From a candidate division WOR-1 bacterium RIFOXYB2_FULL_46_45 (lineage in GTDB: Bacteria; Margulisbacteria; WOR-1; XYC2-FULL-46-14), in NCBI GenBank assembly GCA_001771585.1, contig MEUE01000001.1:476744-540743 (forward strand): 64,000 nt of DNA, written 5' to 3'. A program made the position numbers and the translations under genes. The notes beneath the pieces were generated by a model that saw only the letters and a program-made list of their open reading frames with translations, searched no databases and was not told the DNA's origin. This document shows positions 42,925-53,228 of the stretch, piece after piece. The first letter of the stretch is position 1, and each line of letters starts with the position of its first letter.

Positions 42925-43278
42925 ATGATCAAAAATATTTTGTTGGCGTTTTCACTGGTTTTTGTTTTGGCTTCTCTGGCAAGCGCCATGGCAGGACCGC
43001 CGCCCGAACGACCCGCTTCAAGACAGGAAGAATTGGAGCTGCAAAGACAGCAGAGGCAGCAAGCCCTGGATCAGCAGCGGCAAATGAGGACGGAAGAGAG
43101 AGAACAACGTACCCTGCAAAGAATTAATACCCGCAATGCTAACCAACAAAAAATGGCGGAGGAAAGGGAATTGATGGAGCGGCAAAGACAGCAGACCGAA
43201 GCGGAACATCAGAGAAAAATGGCGGAAGAAAGAGAATTCCTGGAAAGGCAAAGACAGCTGCAGACGCCAAAGCCGTAA
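42925..43278 (+). CDS. secreted Q/R/E-rich coiled-coil protein
   Basis: Signal peptide, then a QR-rich repetitive helix. Confidence 0.5.
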   Translation: MIKNILLAFSLVFVLASLASAMAGPPPERPASRQEELELQRQQRQQALDQQRQMRTEEREQRTLQRINTRNANQQKMAEERELMERQRQQTEAEHQRKMAEEREFLERQRQLQTPKP

Positions 43279-43284
43279 TACCGG

Positions 43285-45054
43285 CTATGCCTTGTAAACT
43301 ACCACACTAAGCGGTTTTACATTAATCCTGTCGCCATCGGCAACAAAGCCGGCAAGATCGTTGCCCGGTCCGGCCCATTTTTTTTCGGAAGAGTCCAGGA
43401 TTTTTTTCCAGTTTCCGGGAGGAAGCTTCAGTCTGATACTCTTTTCTTTGATGTTAAAGCTCATCACACAAACCATCTTTCGGTAATTACAGACCAAAAG
43501 GTTCAGCCTTTGGAAATCCTCTATTGTCTTTGCGGCCTTCTCTTCTTCGTTCGGACGCAGGCCGATTAATTCGCGGTAAAAATTGAGCAGAATCTTATTT
43601 TTTCCCTCCCTTCTCTTTTCCCACTTCAGCTTGGATCGCAAAAAAGATTTGATGTCTTCGGGCAGAAGAAAAGAGGAATATTCTTCTATCCGCCCCCGCC
43701 GGACAGCTTCAAGCAACTTGGGATCGGAATGGCTGACAAAATAAAGGAAAGGAGACTCCTCCGCATATTCTTCCCCCATAAACAACAAAGGGATGTAGGG
43801 GGACAAAAGGACTGCCGCAGCGGACAATTTGAGGGCTTCAAAAGGAACAATTCCGGACAACCGTCCTCCATCCGGACGATTGCCGACCTGGTCATGGTTC
43901 TGCGAAAAAACCACCAGCCGTTCCGGAGGGGTATCGGAACAAGAACTGCCGTAACGGTGCCGCCGAAAATTGGAATATTCCCATAAATAAACAAAACCCC
44001 GTTTAAATGCTTTTTTGAAATGCCGATAACTGCCAAAATCAATATAATAGCCGTTTTTTTCTTTTGTCAAAAGCGCATGTATGGCATGATGGAAATCATT
44101 GCACCATTGCGCATCAAAACCCAACCCCTCCGGCCTCGGCCTGGTCAACCGGGCGTCATTTAATTTGCTCTCCGCCGTCAACAAAAATTTTTTGTTCTTC
44201 TTTTTAGACAATTGTGCGGTCTTTTCCGACAGCTCTTCTAAGAATGGTTTTGCCGAAATGCCGTAGAGGACATCCGCGTCAAGCCGCAAAGCATCGATAT
44301 GAAAAACATCAAACCAGTAAAGGGCATTTTGTATAAAAAAATTCCTGACCTCGTTTCCGAATGCCCCGTCAAAGTTAAAAGCGTTCCCGTGAGGGGTCTT
44401 GTTCCTGCCGTCAAAATAGGGGCCAAAATCGGAAAAATAGTTGCCCTCCGGACCGGCATGGTCGTAGACCACATCCAGAATAACGGCAAATCCTCTTTTG
44501 TGGGCTTCATTAACCAACCGCTTAAACTCATCCGGTCGGCCGTACGAATTCTGCACCGCAAAAGGATATACCCCGTCATACCCCCAGTTCCTGTCGCCGG
44601 AGAACTGCCCTATCGGCATAATTTCTATCGCGTTGATCCCCAGATCTTTTAATTCGTCAAGGCGGTGGACAATCGAATCAAAGTCGCCCTTATCGCTAAA
44701 AGCCCCTACATGCAATTCGTAGATAACCATCTTTCCGGCAGGAACGCCTTCCCATCCGCCATCCTGCCAGCGGAATTTATTATGATCAATTATTTCCGAA
44801 GGGCCGTCCACGCCTTCCGGCTGGCAATTGGATGCGGGGTCGGGCCGCAGGACGGCGCCATTCAGGCGATAAAAATATTTTGTGCCGGGATAAACATTGT
44901 TGAGCCGCAGTTTCCAATAACCGCCTTGCCCCTTCTCCATGGGAATTATCTTATCTTCACCGCAAAGAATTTTTACGTCGATTAATTCCGGAAAAGGAGC
45001 AAAGAGGGAAAAAGAACATCTCCCACCCCCCCTATATTGAGCTCCAATTTTCAT
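43285..45054 (-). CDS. treZ: malto-oligosyltrehalose trehalohydrolase (GH13, with an N-terminal CBM48)
   Basis: GH13 regions VILDVVYDH and IDALRLDA. 589 aa. Confidence 0.75.
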   Translation of the reverse strand: MKIGAQYRGGGRCSFSLFAPFPELIDVKILCGEDKIIPMEKGQGGYWKLRLNNVYPGTKYFYRLNGAVLRPDPASNCQPEGVDGPSEIIDHNKFRWQDGGWEGVPAGKMVIYELHVGAFSDKGDFDSIVHRLDELKDLGINAIEIMPIGQFSGDRNWGYDGVYPFAVQNSYGRPDEFKRLVNEAHKRGFAVILDVVYDHAGPEGNYFSDFGPYFDGRNKTPHGNAFNFDGAFGNEVRNFFIQNALYWFDVFHIDALRLDADVLYGISAKPFLEELSEKTAQLSKKKNKKFLLTAESKLNDARLTRPRPEGLGFDAQWCNDFHHAIHALLTKEKNGYYIDFGSYRHFKKAFKRGFVYLWEYSNFRRHRYGSSCSDTPPERLVVFSQNHDQVGNRPDGGRLSGIVPFEALKLSAAAVLLSPYIPLLFMGEEYAEESPFLYFVSHSDPKLLEAVRRGRIEEYSSFLLPEDIKSFLRSKLKWEKRREGKNKILLNFYRELIGLRPNEEEKAAKTIEDFQRLNLLVCNYRKMVCVMSFNIKEKSIRLKLPPGNWKKILDSSEKKWAGPGNDLAGFVADGDRINVKPLSVVVYKA

Positions 45055-45151
45055 AAGATCTCTTAATAATATTTCTTGGCCAGATTTTGATAATGGAGCC
45101 TGGCGCCAACCCCTCCGGCCAAAATTACCGCTTTTATTTTTTGTCCCTTAT

Positions 45152-46356
45152 TCAGTATAAATCCGCCCTGGTTAATGGCTGACTGCTTAAGCCCGGTTCA
45201 AGCTGTTTTGAGGCTAAAACCTGATAGACATTGATATCTCCCCTCTCAAAAGCATGCCCGCAGCCGGCCATATAAATCCGCCACAAACGGTAAACCTTTT
45301 CTCCCGCAAGCATCAATGCTTCTTCTTTCTTTTCCTCCAGGTTCCGCACCCAATGCCTCAGGGTCTTAACGTAATGCGCGCGCATGGATTCCAAATCCAG
45401 TATCTCAAAACCGGCATAGCGCATCTCGCACAGGACATTTGCAATGTCGTCAAGTTCCCCGCCGGGAAAGACATAAGTATTTATAAAGCGGGTGGCCAAA
45501 GAACCTTTTTTTTCGTCTTCTTCGGAGACAATCCCGTGGTTCAAGAAAAACCCCTTTTCTTTTAGAAGCCTCCCGACGGCAGAAAAATATTCCGGATAAT
45601 TCTTGATCCCCACATGTTCGAACATTCCGACACTCGCAATCTTGTCAAATAATCCTTCTCCATTGATTTCCCGGTAATCCTTTAATTCTACCCGGCACAA
45701 ATGGACCACCTCTTCTTTTTCAATCCATTTTTGCGCCCATTTATGCTGGTTTTTGCTCAAAGTGACGCCGTAAGACTCAACTCCGAAATTTTTTGCGGCC
45801 CAAATAGCCAAAGCTCCCCATCCGCAGCCAATGTCCAAGAACTTTTCCCCCCGTTTGAGCCTTAATTTTCTGCAGATGTAGTCCAGTTTGTCTCTTTGCG
45901 CCGTGATAATATCGGATTCCGGGCAGCGGAAATACGCGCAGGAGTAAACCATCTCATCTCCCAAAAAAAGCCGGTAAAATTCGTTCCCCACATCATAATG
46001 CGAGGCAATTTCCCGCTTGCTTTGGGCAATCGAACGGCTCACAAAGACCACAGCTCCGTTAAGACCATAAATTTATCCTTCCAATTGAGCTTGATGGAAG
46101 AAAAGTGGTCCCAAAGCTTTACTGCCTCAAAAATATCCCCTTCAATATCGAGCTTCCCTTCCGCGTATGCGGCGGCGGCGACAAAAGGATCAAAACGAAA
46201 AAATATTTTTTTAAACTCCGCCTTGTTTTTGAAAACAATTGTAAACGCCGGGGAGCTGGTCCACTTGATAAAATAAAGGTTCCACAGGCGAATATTAAAA
46301 TTGCGCCGATGGTTGAAAAATATCCTTCCCAGAATACCTCTTGCTTTTTGGTCCAT
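45152..46356 (-). pseudogene. cfa: cyclopropane-fatty-acyl-phospholipid synthase, split by a frameshift near 46040-46073
   Basis: The N-terminal ORF (46039..46356) and the C-terminal ORF (45152..46051; HYDVGNEFY, LDIGCGWG) are in different frames and overlap. Confidence 0.55.
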
Positions 46357-46410
46357 ATACGTCCGATCCTAAAATACAAGATACAAAAAGAAGAAGGCCT
46401 CTGAAAATTG

Positions 46411-47148
46411 TTATATTCCGCTTTTAATTGACTTTTGTCTACTGTATTTGCTGCGGTAGGCGCCGGGGGTTGTCTTTTGATATTTGCAGAACATGCGTAT
46501 AAAAGATTCGGGATTAAGATAACCAAGCTTGTCGGCAATCTGAACAACGGAAAGGCCGCCGGACAAGAGCAGTTCCTTTGCCCGATTAAGCTTTACTATA
46601 AACTTATACTGATTAAAACCGACCCCCTCTCTCTCTTTAAAAAGCCGGCTCAAATATTTCGGGCTCAAAAAAACAATTGACGAAATGCTTTCAAGCGTGA
46701 TCTTGCGGTCGTAATTTTTCTCTATTATCCTTTTGACCCGGGAGATTATGCCGTCGCTGTCCGCCAGATCAAAATCCCTGCCGCGGGTTTTCCGGGCCAG
46801 CATCTCCGCCATCGTTTTTTTGATCCGTTCCGGTTGAACCGGTTTTTCCAGATATTCGTCGACCTTCGCCCGCAGGGCGTCTATCGCGATCTCTTTGCTG
46901 CCATAGCCGGTCAGCAAAATGAATTCAAGCTCGGGATTTATTTTTTTAATCATCTTGATCACTTCGGTCCCTTTGTGGTCGGGCAAGACCTGGTCAACTA
47001 TCACCAGGTCGATCTCGTTGGGATGGCGCAGGATCGCTAGCGCCTGGCTGCCGTTTTCCGCGCAAACAACATTGTATTCGTCGAGGCATTCGCTGAGCTC
47101 ACGCAAAAAATCCCGGTTATCGTCTATCAGCAAAATGGTATAGGACAT
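46411..47148 (-). CDS. response regulator, REC + AraC-type HTH
   Basis: A CheY-like N-terminus and an AraC HTH C-terminus. Confidence 0.8.
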   Translation of the reverse strand: MSYTILLIDDNRDFLRELSECLDEYNVVCAENGSQALAILRHPNEIDLVIVDQVLPDHKGTEVIKMIKKINPELEFILLTGYGSKEIAIDALRAKVDEYLEKPVQPERIKKTMAEMLARKTRGRDFDLADSDGIISRVKRIIEKNYDRKITLESISSIVFLSPKYLSRLFKEREGVGFNQYKFIVKLNRAKELLLSGGLSVVQIADKLGYLNPESFIRMFCKYQKTTPGAYRSKYSRQKSIKSGI

Positions 47149-47507
47149 TAAATCAACTCCCGTATTCTTGACAGCAGCTGTTCAACAACAAAAGGCTTTT
47201 CAAAACAGCCGTCCGCCTGATCTAAAACAGGATCCTGCTTAAAATTTTCGACACGACCGAGGCTGCCGGTTACAATAATAATTTTTTGGCGGGGGTTCTT
47301 GGATTTGATTGCCTTAAAAACTTCCCGGCCGTCGAGGACCGGCATTTTTATGTCAAGCAAAACAAGGTCGTAGGAGTTTTCCCTATACCGTTCCAAGGCC
47401 GAAAGCCCGTTAAAAGCAAAAAAAACCCCATATCCTTCCATCTCAAAAACAGAAACCAGTTCTTTTACCATTTCTTTGTCGTCATCAACAATCAACAGGT
47501 TTTTCAT
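47148..47507 (-). CDS. single-domain response regulator (CheY-like)
   Basis: REC domain. 119 aa. Confidence 0.8.
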   Translation of the reverse strand: MKNLLIVDDDKEMVKELVSVFEMEGYGVFFAFNGLSALERYRENSYDLVLLDIKMPVLDGREVFKAIKSKNPRQKIIIVTGSLGRVENFKQDPVLDQADGCFEKPFVVEQLLSRIRELI

Positions 47508-47542
47508 AAAAAAATATCCGCAATATTTTGAAAAAATTTCAG

Positions 47543-49741
47543 CTAAATTTTGCGGTCGGCATCAAGAAGAAAGCGCACCGTAACCGTTGTCCCCTTCCCC
47601 CGTTCGCTCTGCAGATATGTTTTTCCTCCGTGCTGATCGACAATCTGCCGACAAATAGAAAGCCCCAACCCCATACCTTCTTTCTTGGTGGAAAAAAACG
47701 GATCAAAAGCCTTTTCCAAATCTTTTTTATCCATCCCCTCCCCATTATCCTCAACCGATAAGACAAGTTCATTTGCATCCCTGTCCGCATCAAGTTTTAC
47801 CAGTATCCTGCCGCCTTTTTCCCTGCAGGCGTCAAAAGAATTGCCGACAAGGTTGCTTAGCAGCTCTACAAACTGGGTCCTGTCAACATAAATAAATGTC
47901 TCCGGCTTTAATTTGTCCAAAAAATCGATTATGACCTTTTCCTCGGCATATTTATTGGCATAAACGTCCAGCAAATTTTTTGTTTCCCTGGAAATATCAA
48001 TGCGCACAAGCTCAAGCTCTTTTGGCTTGGCATAACCCAGCAGATTGCTTATGATCCGGTTGCTCTCGAATACTTTTTTTTCTATGTTCTGCAAATGGCC
48101 GATCAATTCGGGATTTGAATTTTTTACCTTTATGTTGTAGGTCGCCGTTGAAATGACCCCGAGCGGGTTCCGAAGCTCGTGGGCAATCCCGGTCGCCAGC
48201 GTCCCCAGATCCGAAAGCCGTCTTGACAATGCCAGCTTTTTTTCCATTTCAAAAATTTTTTTCGCCTCTTTTTCAACCATTCTTTTAAACATTTCATTGT
48301 CGCGCTCCAATATCTCCTGCGCTTTTTTGTAAATAGAAATATCGCGGGTTACGGTCAAAAGAAGCTTTTCTTCCCTGTCTTCTATCGGGATCATTGATAT
48401 CAGGGCCGGAAAAGCCTCCCCTGTTTTTTTGCGCATTTTTACTTCCGATGTGACGGAAACTTTTTTGGCGACCGCGGCACGCACCATCTTCGCGCGTTCG
48501 GAGGGGTCGACCCATATATTCAAATCAAAGATGGTGCGCCCCACTCCTTCGGCCCTTGTGAACCCGAACATTTCTTCCGCCGCCTTATTTGCGTTATAAA
48601 GAAATCCCTCCTTCTGGGAAGTAATCGTAATCGCTTCCGGGCTTAGATCAAATATTTTGGCCAGCTGCTCCCGTGAAGCACGCAGTTCTTTTTGTTGCTG
48701 TTTTTGTTCGGTGATGTCGCGCGCCGTTGATATGGCTCCCATAATCTCTCCTTTTTCGTCCCTTAAAGAACGGCACCACCAGGCCAGAAGGCGCCTTTTG
48801 CCGTCGGAGCGACGCTGCCAACTTTCCACGTAAACGGTATCTTCCCCGCCTTTGAAAACCGAAGAGACCTTGTCATAAGTATCTTGTGTTTCCTCAAAAT
48901 AATAAGAGGCCTCTTTCCCGATTACATCCTTCCCAAAAAAGGCATAGCCGGCATCGTTGGCCCAAACATAAAACTTGTTCTTGTCCACCCGCATCACTAT
49001 GTCCGGAATTGCGGACAAAAGAGAAGAGAGCTCGCCTTGAGTCTCATATAACTTGTCTTCCACTTTTTTGAAAGAAAAAAATATTAAAATAACGGTAAAA
49101 AAAGCAAGCCCTACAAACGAAAGGGTGTGGAACAGGGCATGCAATTTGGGATCGGCATTGCCGCCATAAGAGGCAAAAAAAATTATGTCTATAAATTCCG
49201 CCAGGAAAATAATCGACAGCGAAAAAGGGATCATCCATTTTGTGAAGACGGAGAACGGAGAAAAAGAACGAAGCCATAATTGAAAAAACGAGTTCTTCTC
49301 TTCAAGCAAGATTCCCGTCGAAATAAAAAGGAAAAACACGGCGGGGAAAAAAGAGACAAAGGCGACGCCATAAACATAACTTATTAAAAAAAGGGACGAG
49401 AAAAACAAAACGAGGGACGAGAAGATCTGTCCCGGGAGCTTTTTGGCCAGTACAGAAACGGAAAGCATGACAACCAACAACGCTTCAAGATAGGACAAAT
49501 TGATCGCGCCAAAAAAAACATCGATGACAGCCAGCAATAAAACCGCCGAAATAAGAACTCTTGCCCCAATTTTCGCCCCGAACCGAATATTTCCGAATTT
49601 TTCCAACAGCAGTCCCGCGGAGAATAAAGCAAACAATACGGCCGTCAAAGGAGCCATCAACATAAGGCCGGGATTGACGCGGGACAGGAACAGATTTATC
49701 AGGCAAAAGAGGATCGTCGCGGTATTAATTAAAATGAACAT
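47543..49741 (-). CDS. sensor histidine kinase: polytopic N-terminal membrane domain, two PAS domains, HisKA, HATPase
   Basis: H-box AHELRNPL and the G-boxes. About 8 TM helices. Confidence 0.8.
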   Translation of the reverse strand: MFILINTATILFCLINLFLSRVNPGLMLMAPLTAVLFALFSAGLLLEKFGNIRFGAKIGARVLISAVLLLAVIDVFFGAINLSYLEALLVVMLSVSVLAKKLPGQIFSSLVLFFSSLFLISYVYGVAFVSFFPAVFFLFISTGILLEEKNSFFQLWLRSFSPFSVFTKWMIPFSLSIIFLAEFIDIIFFASYGGNADPKLHALFHTLSFVGLAFFTVILIFFSFKKVEDKLYETQGELSSLLSAIPDIVMRVDKNKFYVWANDAGYAFFGKDVIGKEASYYFEETQDTYDKVSSVFKGGEDTVYVESWQRRSDGKRRLLAWWCRSLRDEKGEIMGAISTARDITEQKQQQKELRASREQLAKIFDLSPEAITITSQKEGFLYNANKAAEEMFGFTRAEGVGRTIFDLNIWVDPSERAKMVRAAVAKKVSVTSEVKMRKKTGEAFPALISMIPIEDREEKLLLTVTRDISIYKKAQEILERDNEMFKRMVEKEAKKIFEMEKKLALSRRLSDLGTLATGIAHELRNPLGVISTATYNIKVKNSNPELIGHLQNIEKKVFESNRIISNLLGYAKPKELELVRIDISRETKNLLDVYANKYAEEKVIIDFLDKLKPETFIYVDRTQFVELLSNLVGNSFDACREKGGRILVKLDADRDANELVLSVEDNGEGMDKKDLEKAFDPFFSTKKEGMGLGLSICRQIVDQHGGKTYLQSERGKGTTVTVRFLLDADRKI

Positions 49742-51264
49742 ATCTTTCTTCCCGCAAGATTGTTGGCCACCGCATCAAGTATCTTTTCGGGAGTAAAAGG
49801 CTTTTCGATCAGCCCGGTCAGCCGGTCGTTGGAGAGGCTCTCCATAATCTTGCCGGCCTCTCCCTTGCCAGAAATAAAGATAACCGGCAGATCGGGGTGT
49901 TTTTCCCTTATTTTTTTCAAAACCTCATAGCCGTCGATCTTTGGGATCAAAATATCAAGCAGGATCAGCCCGTAAACGTTCTCATTGATTTTCTCCAATG
50001 CTTCTTCTCCGTCCGCCGCAAAATCGGTCTCATAGCCTCCTCCGTTTTTTAGGATAACTTCAATAGTCTTGCAGACCACATCTTCATCGTCCACAATCAG
50101 GATTTTCCTGAAGGCCAAAGAAGCGTATTCCCGGACAATTTCAGCGGTAACTTTGCCGCCATCCCGGTTGATCGTCTGCCTGGCCGCCCAGTCGCAGATC
50201 CGAAGGGCATCCCGGGCCTTTCCCCTGGAATATTCGCCGATCAAATCCAGGGCCGCGTCCGTAAAAACATCTTCCATCCTGCTGCAGGCGTCCTCAATAT
50301 GTTTTTTTATAAACTCCCTTAATCCTTCCGTCCCCAAAGGCTTGTCCGGAATATACGTTTTTTTAAGGACATCTTCGGAAAAAGGGTATTTTTTGCAGTT
50401 AACTTTTTGGTACCATGACTGTTCTTTTTCCGGAAGGGTTTTGGGGATCTCCGGCAGGCCCTCCCCCTTCACTTTTGTCGCGTAAGAAATCCTATAGATT
50501 AAAAAAGAAAGCACGGCCAAAAAAAACAAAACCGCGACAAGACCAACCGCTATTAGGCGGTTATAGATTGTCTGCCTCCGGTCCTCTTCTTTAACCTGCA
50601 TTTGGCTGTCCAGAAAATATTTTCCCGCTTCTTTGTTAGCCGGCTCCAGGTAAAGCGCAACCCGGAAATAAGGCACGGCTTCGGAGAATTTCCCCTCCGC
50701 AAACATTGCCTTGCCGCGAAGCAAATTGCGCTCCAATAGCGCCTTTTTTTCCTGCGGCTTCAGCGCTCCCGGCGGGAGCTCAAACTTCTCCACCACTTTT
50801 TGTTCCGGCTCTCCCGGCTTTGCCGGAGTTTCTACCGCTATCTTTTGGGCCAGCGAGACCTCCCTCTCCGCCTCTCCCGTTTCTTTGCGGGTCAAACTGA
50901 TAATCGCAATTTCTCCGATAGTAAAGGGATCGGTCTGTCCGCTAAAAACTTCTCCCACAGTGTCAACCGCGTTAAGCTCTGCGGAATAGGATCCTTTTTT
51001 AAAATTAATGGGAACCTGCCAAAGACCGTGCCAAACATTCGACCCGCGCGCTTGAACCAGGTCGATACTCTTTCCGTCGGGCATAACCGCGCTAAGCTGC
51101 ACGGTGTCAAGGGGAGCCTGGACGGTAAGGTGGACAAAGTCTCCGGGAAGGTATTCGGTTAAAAGCGTCTGGGCGCGAGGGATCTGAAAATCTTGCTGCG
51201 ATAAGGCTATGGGAGTGGCACAAAGCAAAAACAAGAACATTATTACGCAGATTTTTTCAATCAT
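49729..51264 (-). CDS. membrane protein: signal peptide, periplasmic domain, TPR, TM, AAA-lid-like segment, C-terminal REC domain
   Basis: The REC motif is ILIVDDE...LLDILIPKIDG. The TPR is FAEGKFSEAVPYFRVALYLEP. Confidence 0.6.
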   Translation of the reverse strand: MIEKICVIMFLFLLCATPIALSQQDFQIPRAQTLLTEYLPGDFVHLTVQAPLDTVQLSAVMPDGKSIDLVQARGSNVWHGLWQVPINFKKGSYSAELNAVDTVGEVFSGQTDPFTIGEIAIISLTRKETGEAEREVSLAQKIAVETPAKPGEPEQKVVEKFELPPGALKPQEKKALLERNLLRGKAMFAEGKFSEAVPYFRVALYLEPANKEAGKYFLDSQMQVKEEDRRQTIYNRLIAVGLVAVLFFLAVLSFLIYRISYATKVKGEGLPEIPKTLPEKEQSWYQKVNCKKYPFSEDVLKKTYIPDKPLGTEGLREFIKKHIEDACSRMEDVFTDAALDLIGEYSRGKARDALRICDWAARQTINRDGGKVTAEIVREYASLAFRKILIVDDEDVVCKTIEVILKNGGGYETDFAADGEEALEKINENVYGLILLDILIPKIDGYEVLKKIREKHPDLPVIFISGKGEAGKIMESLSNDRLTGLIEKPFTPEKILDAVANNLAGRKICSF

Positions 51265-51309
51265 GCCTATTCACTCCCCCTTGCATAGTGATTGATTTTT
51301 TGGCATATG

Positions 51310-51714
51310 TCAAACATTTTTTATGTTCCTATAAATATTCGCGAGATCAATAATTTTTTTATGCTTTAAATTGTCCGAACCGGGAACAAGTACCGCCACA
51401 ACCAGTTCATTTAATTCTTTTTGGCTGTAATTGGCATCCGCAGCAAACTTAAGCGCATTAACCATCACAGAAAAATCTTCCGTCACTTCATCAAGCAAGG
51501 GGTTTCCCAGCAATTTCTGTTCCACTATTTTTTTAACCGGAAGAGACAGCTTGGCGATATTATCCACATGCTCCTTTATCTCATGGAAGATCCGCCCAAG
51601 CTCTTCCTTGTCAAGTTTTACTCCTGGACCTTGTTTTAAGTATTCGGAAATCCTCACCCCTTCCTCTCTCTTTTCATCGTTGTTTTTGTTTAATATATCA
51701 ACAATTCTGATCAT
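51310..51714 (-). CDS. hypothetical protein
   Basis: Its start overlaps the upstream gene's stop as ATGA. Confidence 0.5.
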   Translation of the reverse strand: MIRIVDILNKNNDEKREEGVRISEYLKQGPGVKLDKEELGRIFHEIKEHVDNIAKLSLPVKKIVEQKLLGNPLLDEVTEDFSVMVNALKFAADANYSQKELNELVVAVLVPGSDNLKHKKIIDLANIYRNIKNV

Positions 51715-52538
51715 GCTTTTTTCTCCTCCCACTCGCCCCTTTCAAGGTCCGCAACCACTTTTTCCACCAGCCGGCGCTCTATATTCTTTAAGGCCTTCCC
51801 GCTGCCGATCAAAAGACACAAATCGCAAAGATTATTTATCATCCGGGGGATCCCCCTCGAATAGTTATAAATTTCTTCAACCGCTTCTTCCAAAAAAATC
51901 TCCGGATTGCCGCCGGCAGAGCTTATCCGATAGGAAAGATATTCTCTGGTTTCGGCCCTGCTTAACCCCTTCAAATGGAAACGCAACGCCAAACGCTGTT
52001 TTAACTGCGGCAGTTTTTCTATTTTTTCTTTTAGTTCCGGCTGGCCAAAAAGCAGGATAGTGAGCAAAAAACCGTTGTCCAGTTGGAAATTAAGGAGCAG
52101 TCGGAACTCTTCAAAATTGGCGCTGCTCCTGATGGCCTGAGCTTCGTCTATAATAATTACCGTTGATTTTCCCTTCTCCTTGATCTCAACCAGCAGCTGG
52201 TTTAACCGGTTAAACAATTCCGCTTTGGAAACGCTCAAACCGTCTTTTTCTCCAAGCTGATGCATAATCTCCCTGATCAGCTGTGTCGGCGAAAGCATCG
52301 GGTTAAGAACCAGCGCGGTCTGATAGCTGCCGGTAGCAAGCTCCCTTAATAGCATCCTGGTCAGCAGGGTTTTCCCCGCTCCGTATTCCCCGGTTATGAC
52401 CGCCGCTCCTTTTTTCTGCCTGATGACATAAAGGACCCGGGAAAAGGCTTCTTCATGCTGCATAGAGAGATAAACATGCTCCGGATTGGGCGTGTTCTCA
52501 AAAGGCTTTTCCCGCAGGTTCCAATATTCCCTGTACAT
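51711..52538 (-). CDS. ExeA/GspA-like AAA+ ATPase (AAA_22)
   Basis: MYREYWNLREKPFENTPNPEHVYLS...ITGEYGAGKT (Walker A). The C-terminus has SRGIPRMINNLCD. Confidence 0.75.
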   Translation of the reverse strand: MYREYWNLREKPFENTPNPEHVYLSMQHEEAFSRVLYVIRQKKGAAVITGEYGAGKTLLTRMLLRELATGSYQTALVLNPMLSPTQLIREIMHQLGEKDGLSVSKAELFNRLNQLLVEIKEKGKSTVIIIDEAQAIRSSANFEEFRLLLNFQLDNGFLLTILLFGQPELKEKIEKLPQLKQRLALRFHLKGLSRAETREYLSYRISSAGGNPEIFLEEAVEEIYNYSRGIPRMINNLCDLCLLIGSGKALKNIERRLVEKVVADLERGEWEEKKA

Positions 52539-52556
52539 CTTTTCCCCCTCGCTTAA

Positions 52557-53228
52557 TTATTTTTCCGGCAGCCGGATACTGTACTTGTTTCCTTGTCCGG
52601 GGATGATTTCCAAACCGATTTTTCCCTTATGCTCTTTAACCATCAGCGAACAAAAATAAAATCCGATCCCGGGCGGAACATCCGCGGCCATTTCCGGAAA
52701 ATTGGATTTAAACAATGGATCAAAGATGTCTCCGGCGGCCGGAACCGGAATGTTTTTGGCGCAGTCAACTATTGAGAACAAAACTTCCCGGCCGTCCTTT
52801 TTGGCGGACAAGGAAATCCGGCATCTTTTTGTGGACTGTTTGATGCTATTTAAAAGAATAATATTAAGCACCCGGTAGAGGACTTCCTGATCGGCAAAAA
52901 CCTTTAATTTTTCGGGAAGTTCAACTGCCAGCTCCCGATCATGGAGTTCCGCATATTTTTTTAAAGGATCAAGCCTCCCACCTAATTCCGCGGCATAAAA
53001 CTCCGATTTTTTTAAGGAAAAATTCTTGTCTTCCGATTTTACCGCCAACTGGATATCCATTATCAGGCCGGTCAAAACCTCGGCAGCAGTTTTGATGTTG
53101 GACAGGCAGTCCTTCTGTTCCATGCTTAAATTCTCATTGGGGAACTTTTCCAGCATCTCGATACCGGCATTAATGCTGAAAAGCGGACTTTTTAGGTCGT
53201 GAATTAAGATATCTTCTATTATTATCAT
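52557..53228 (-). CDS. sensor-less histidine kinase core (HisKA + HATPase)
   Basis: H-box HDLKSPL. No TM and no sensor domain. Confidence 0.7.
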   Translation of the reverse strand: MIIIEDILIHDLKSPLFSINAGIEMLEKFPNENLSMEQKDCLSNIKTAAEVLTGLIMDIQLAVKSEDKNFSLKKSEFYAAELGGRLDPLKKYAELHDRELAVELPEKLKVFADQEVLYRVLNIILLNSIKQSTKRCRISLSAKKDGREVLFSIVDCAKNIPVPAAGDIFDPLFKSNFPEMAADVPPGIGFYFCSLMVKEHKGKIGLEIIPGQGNKYSIRLPEK

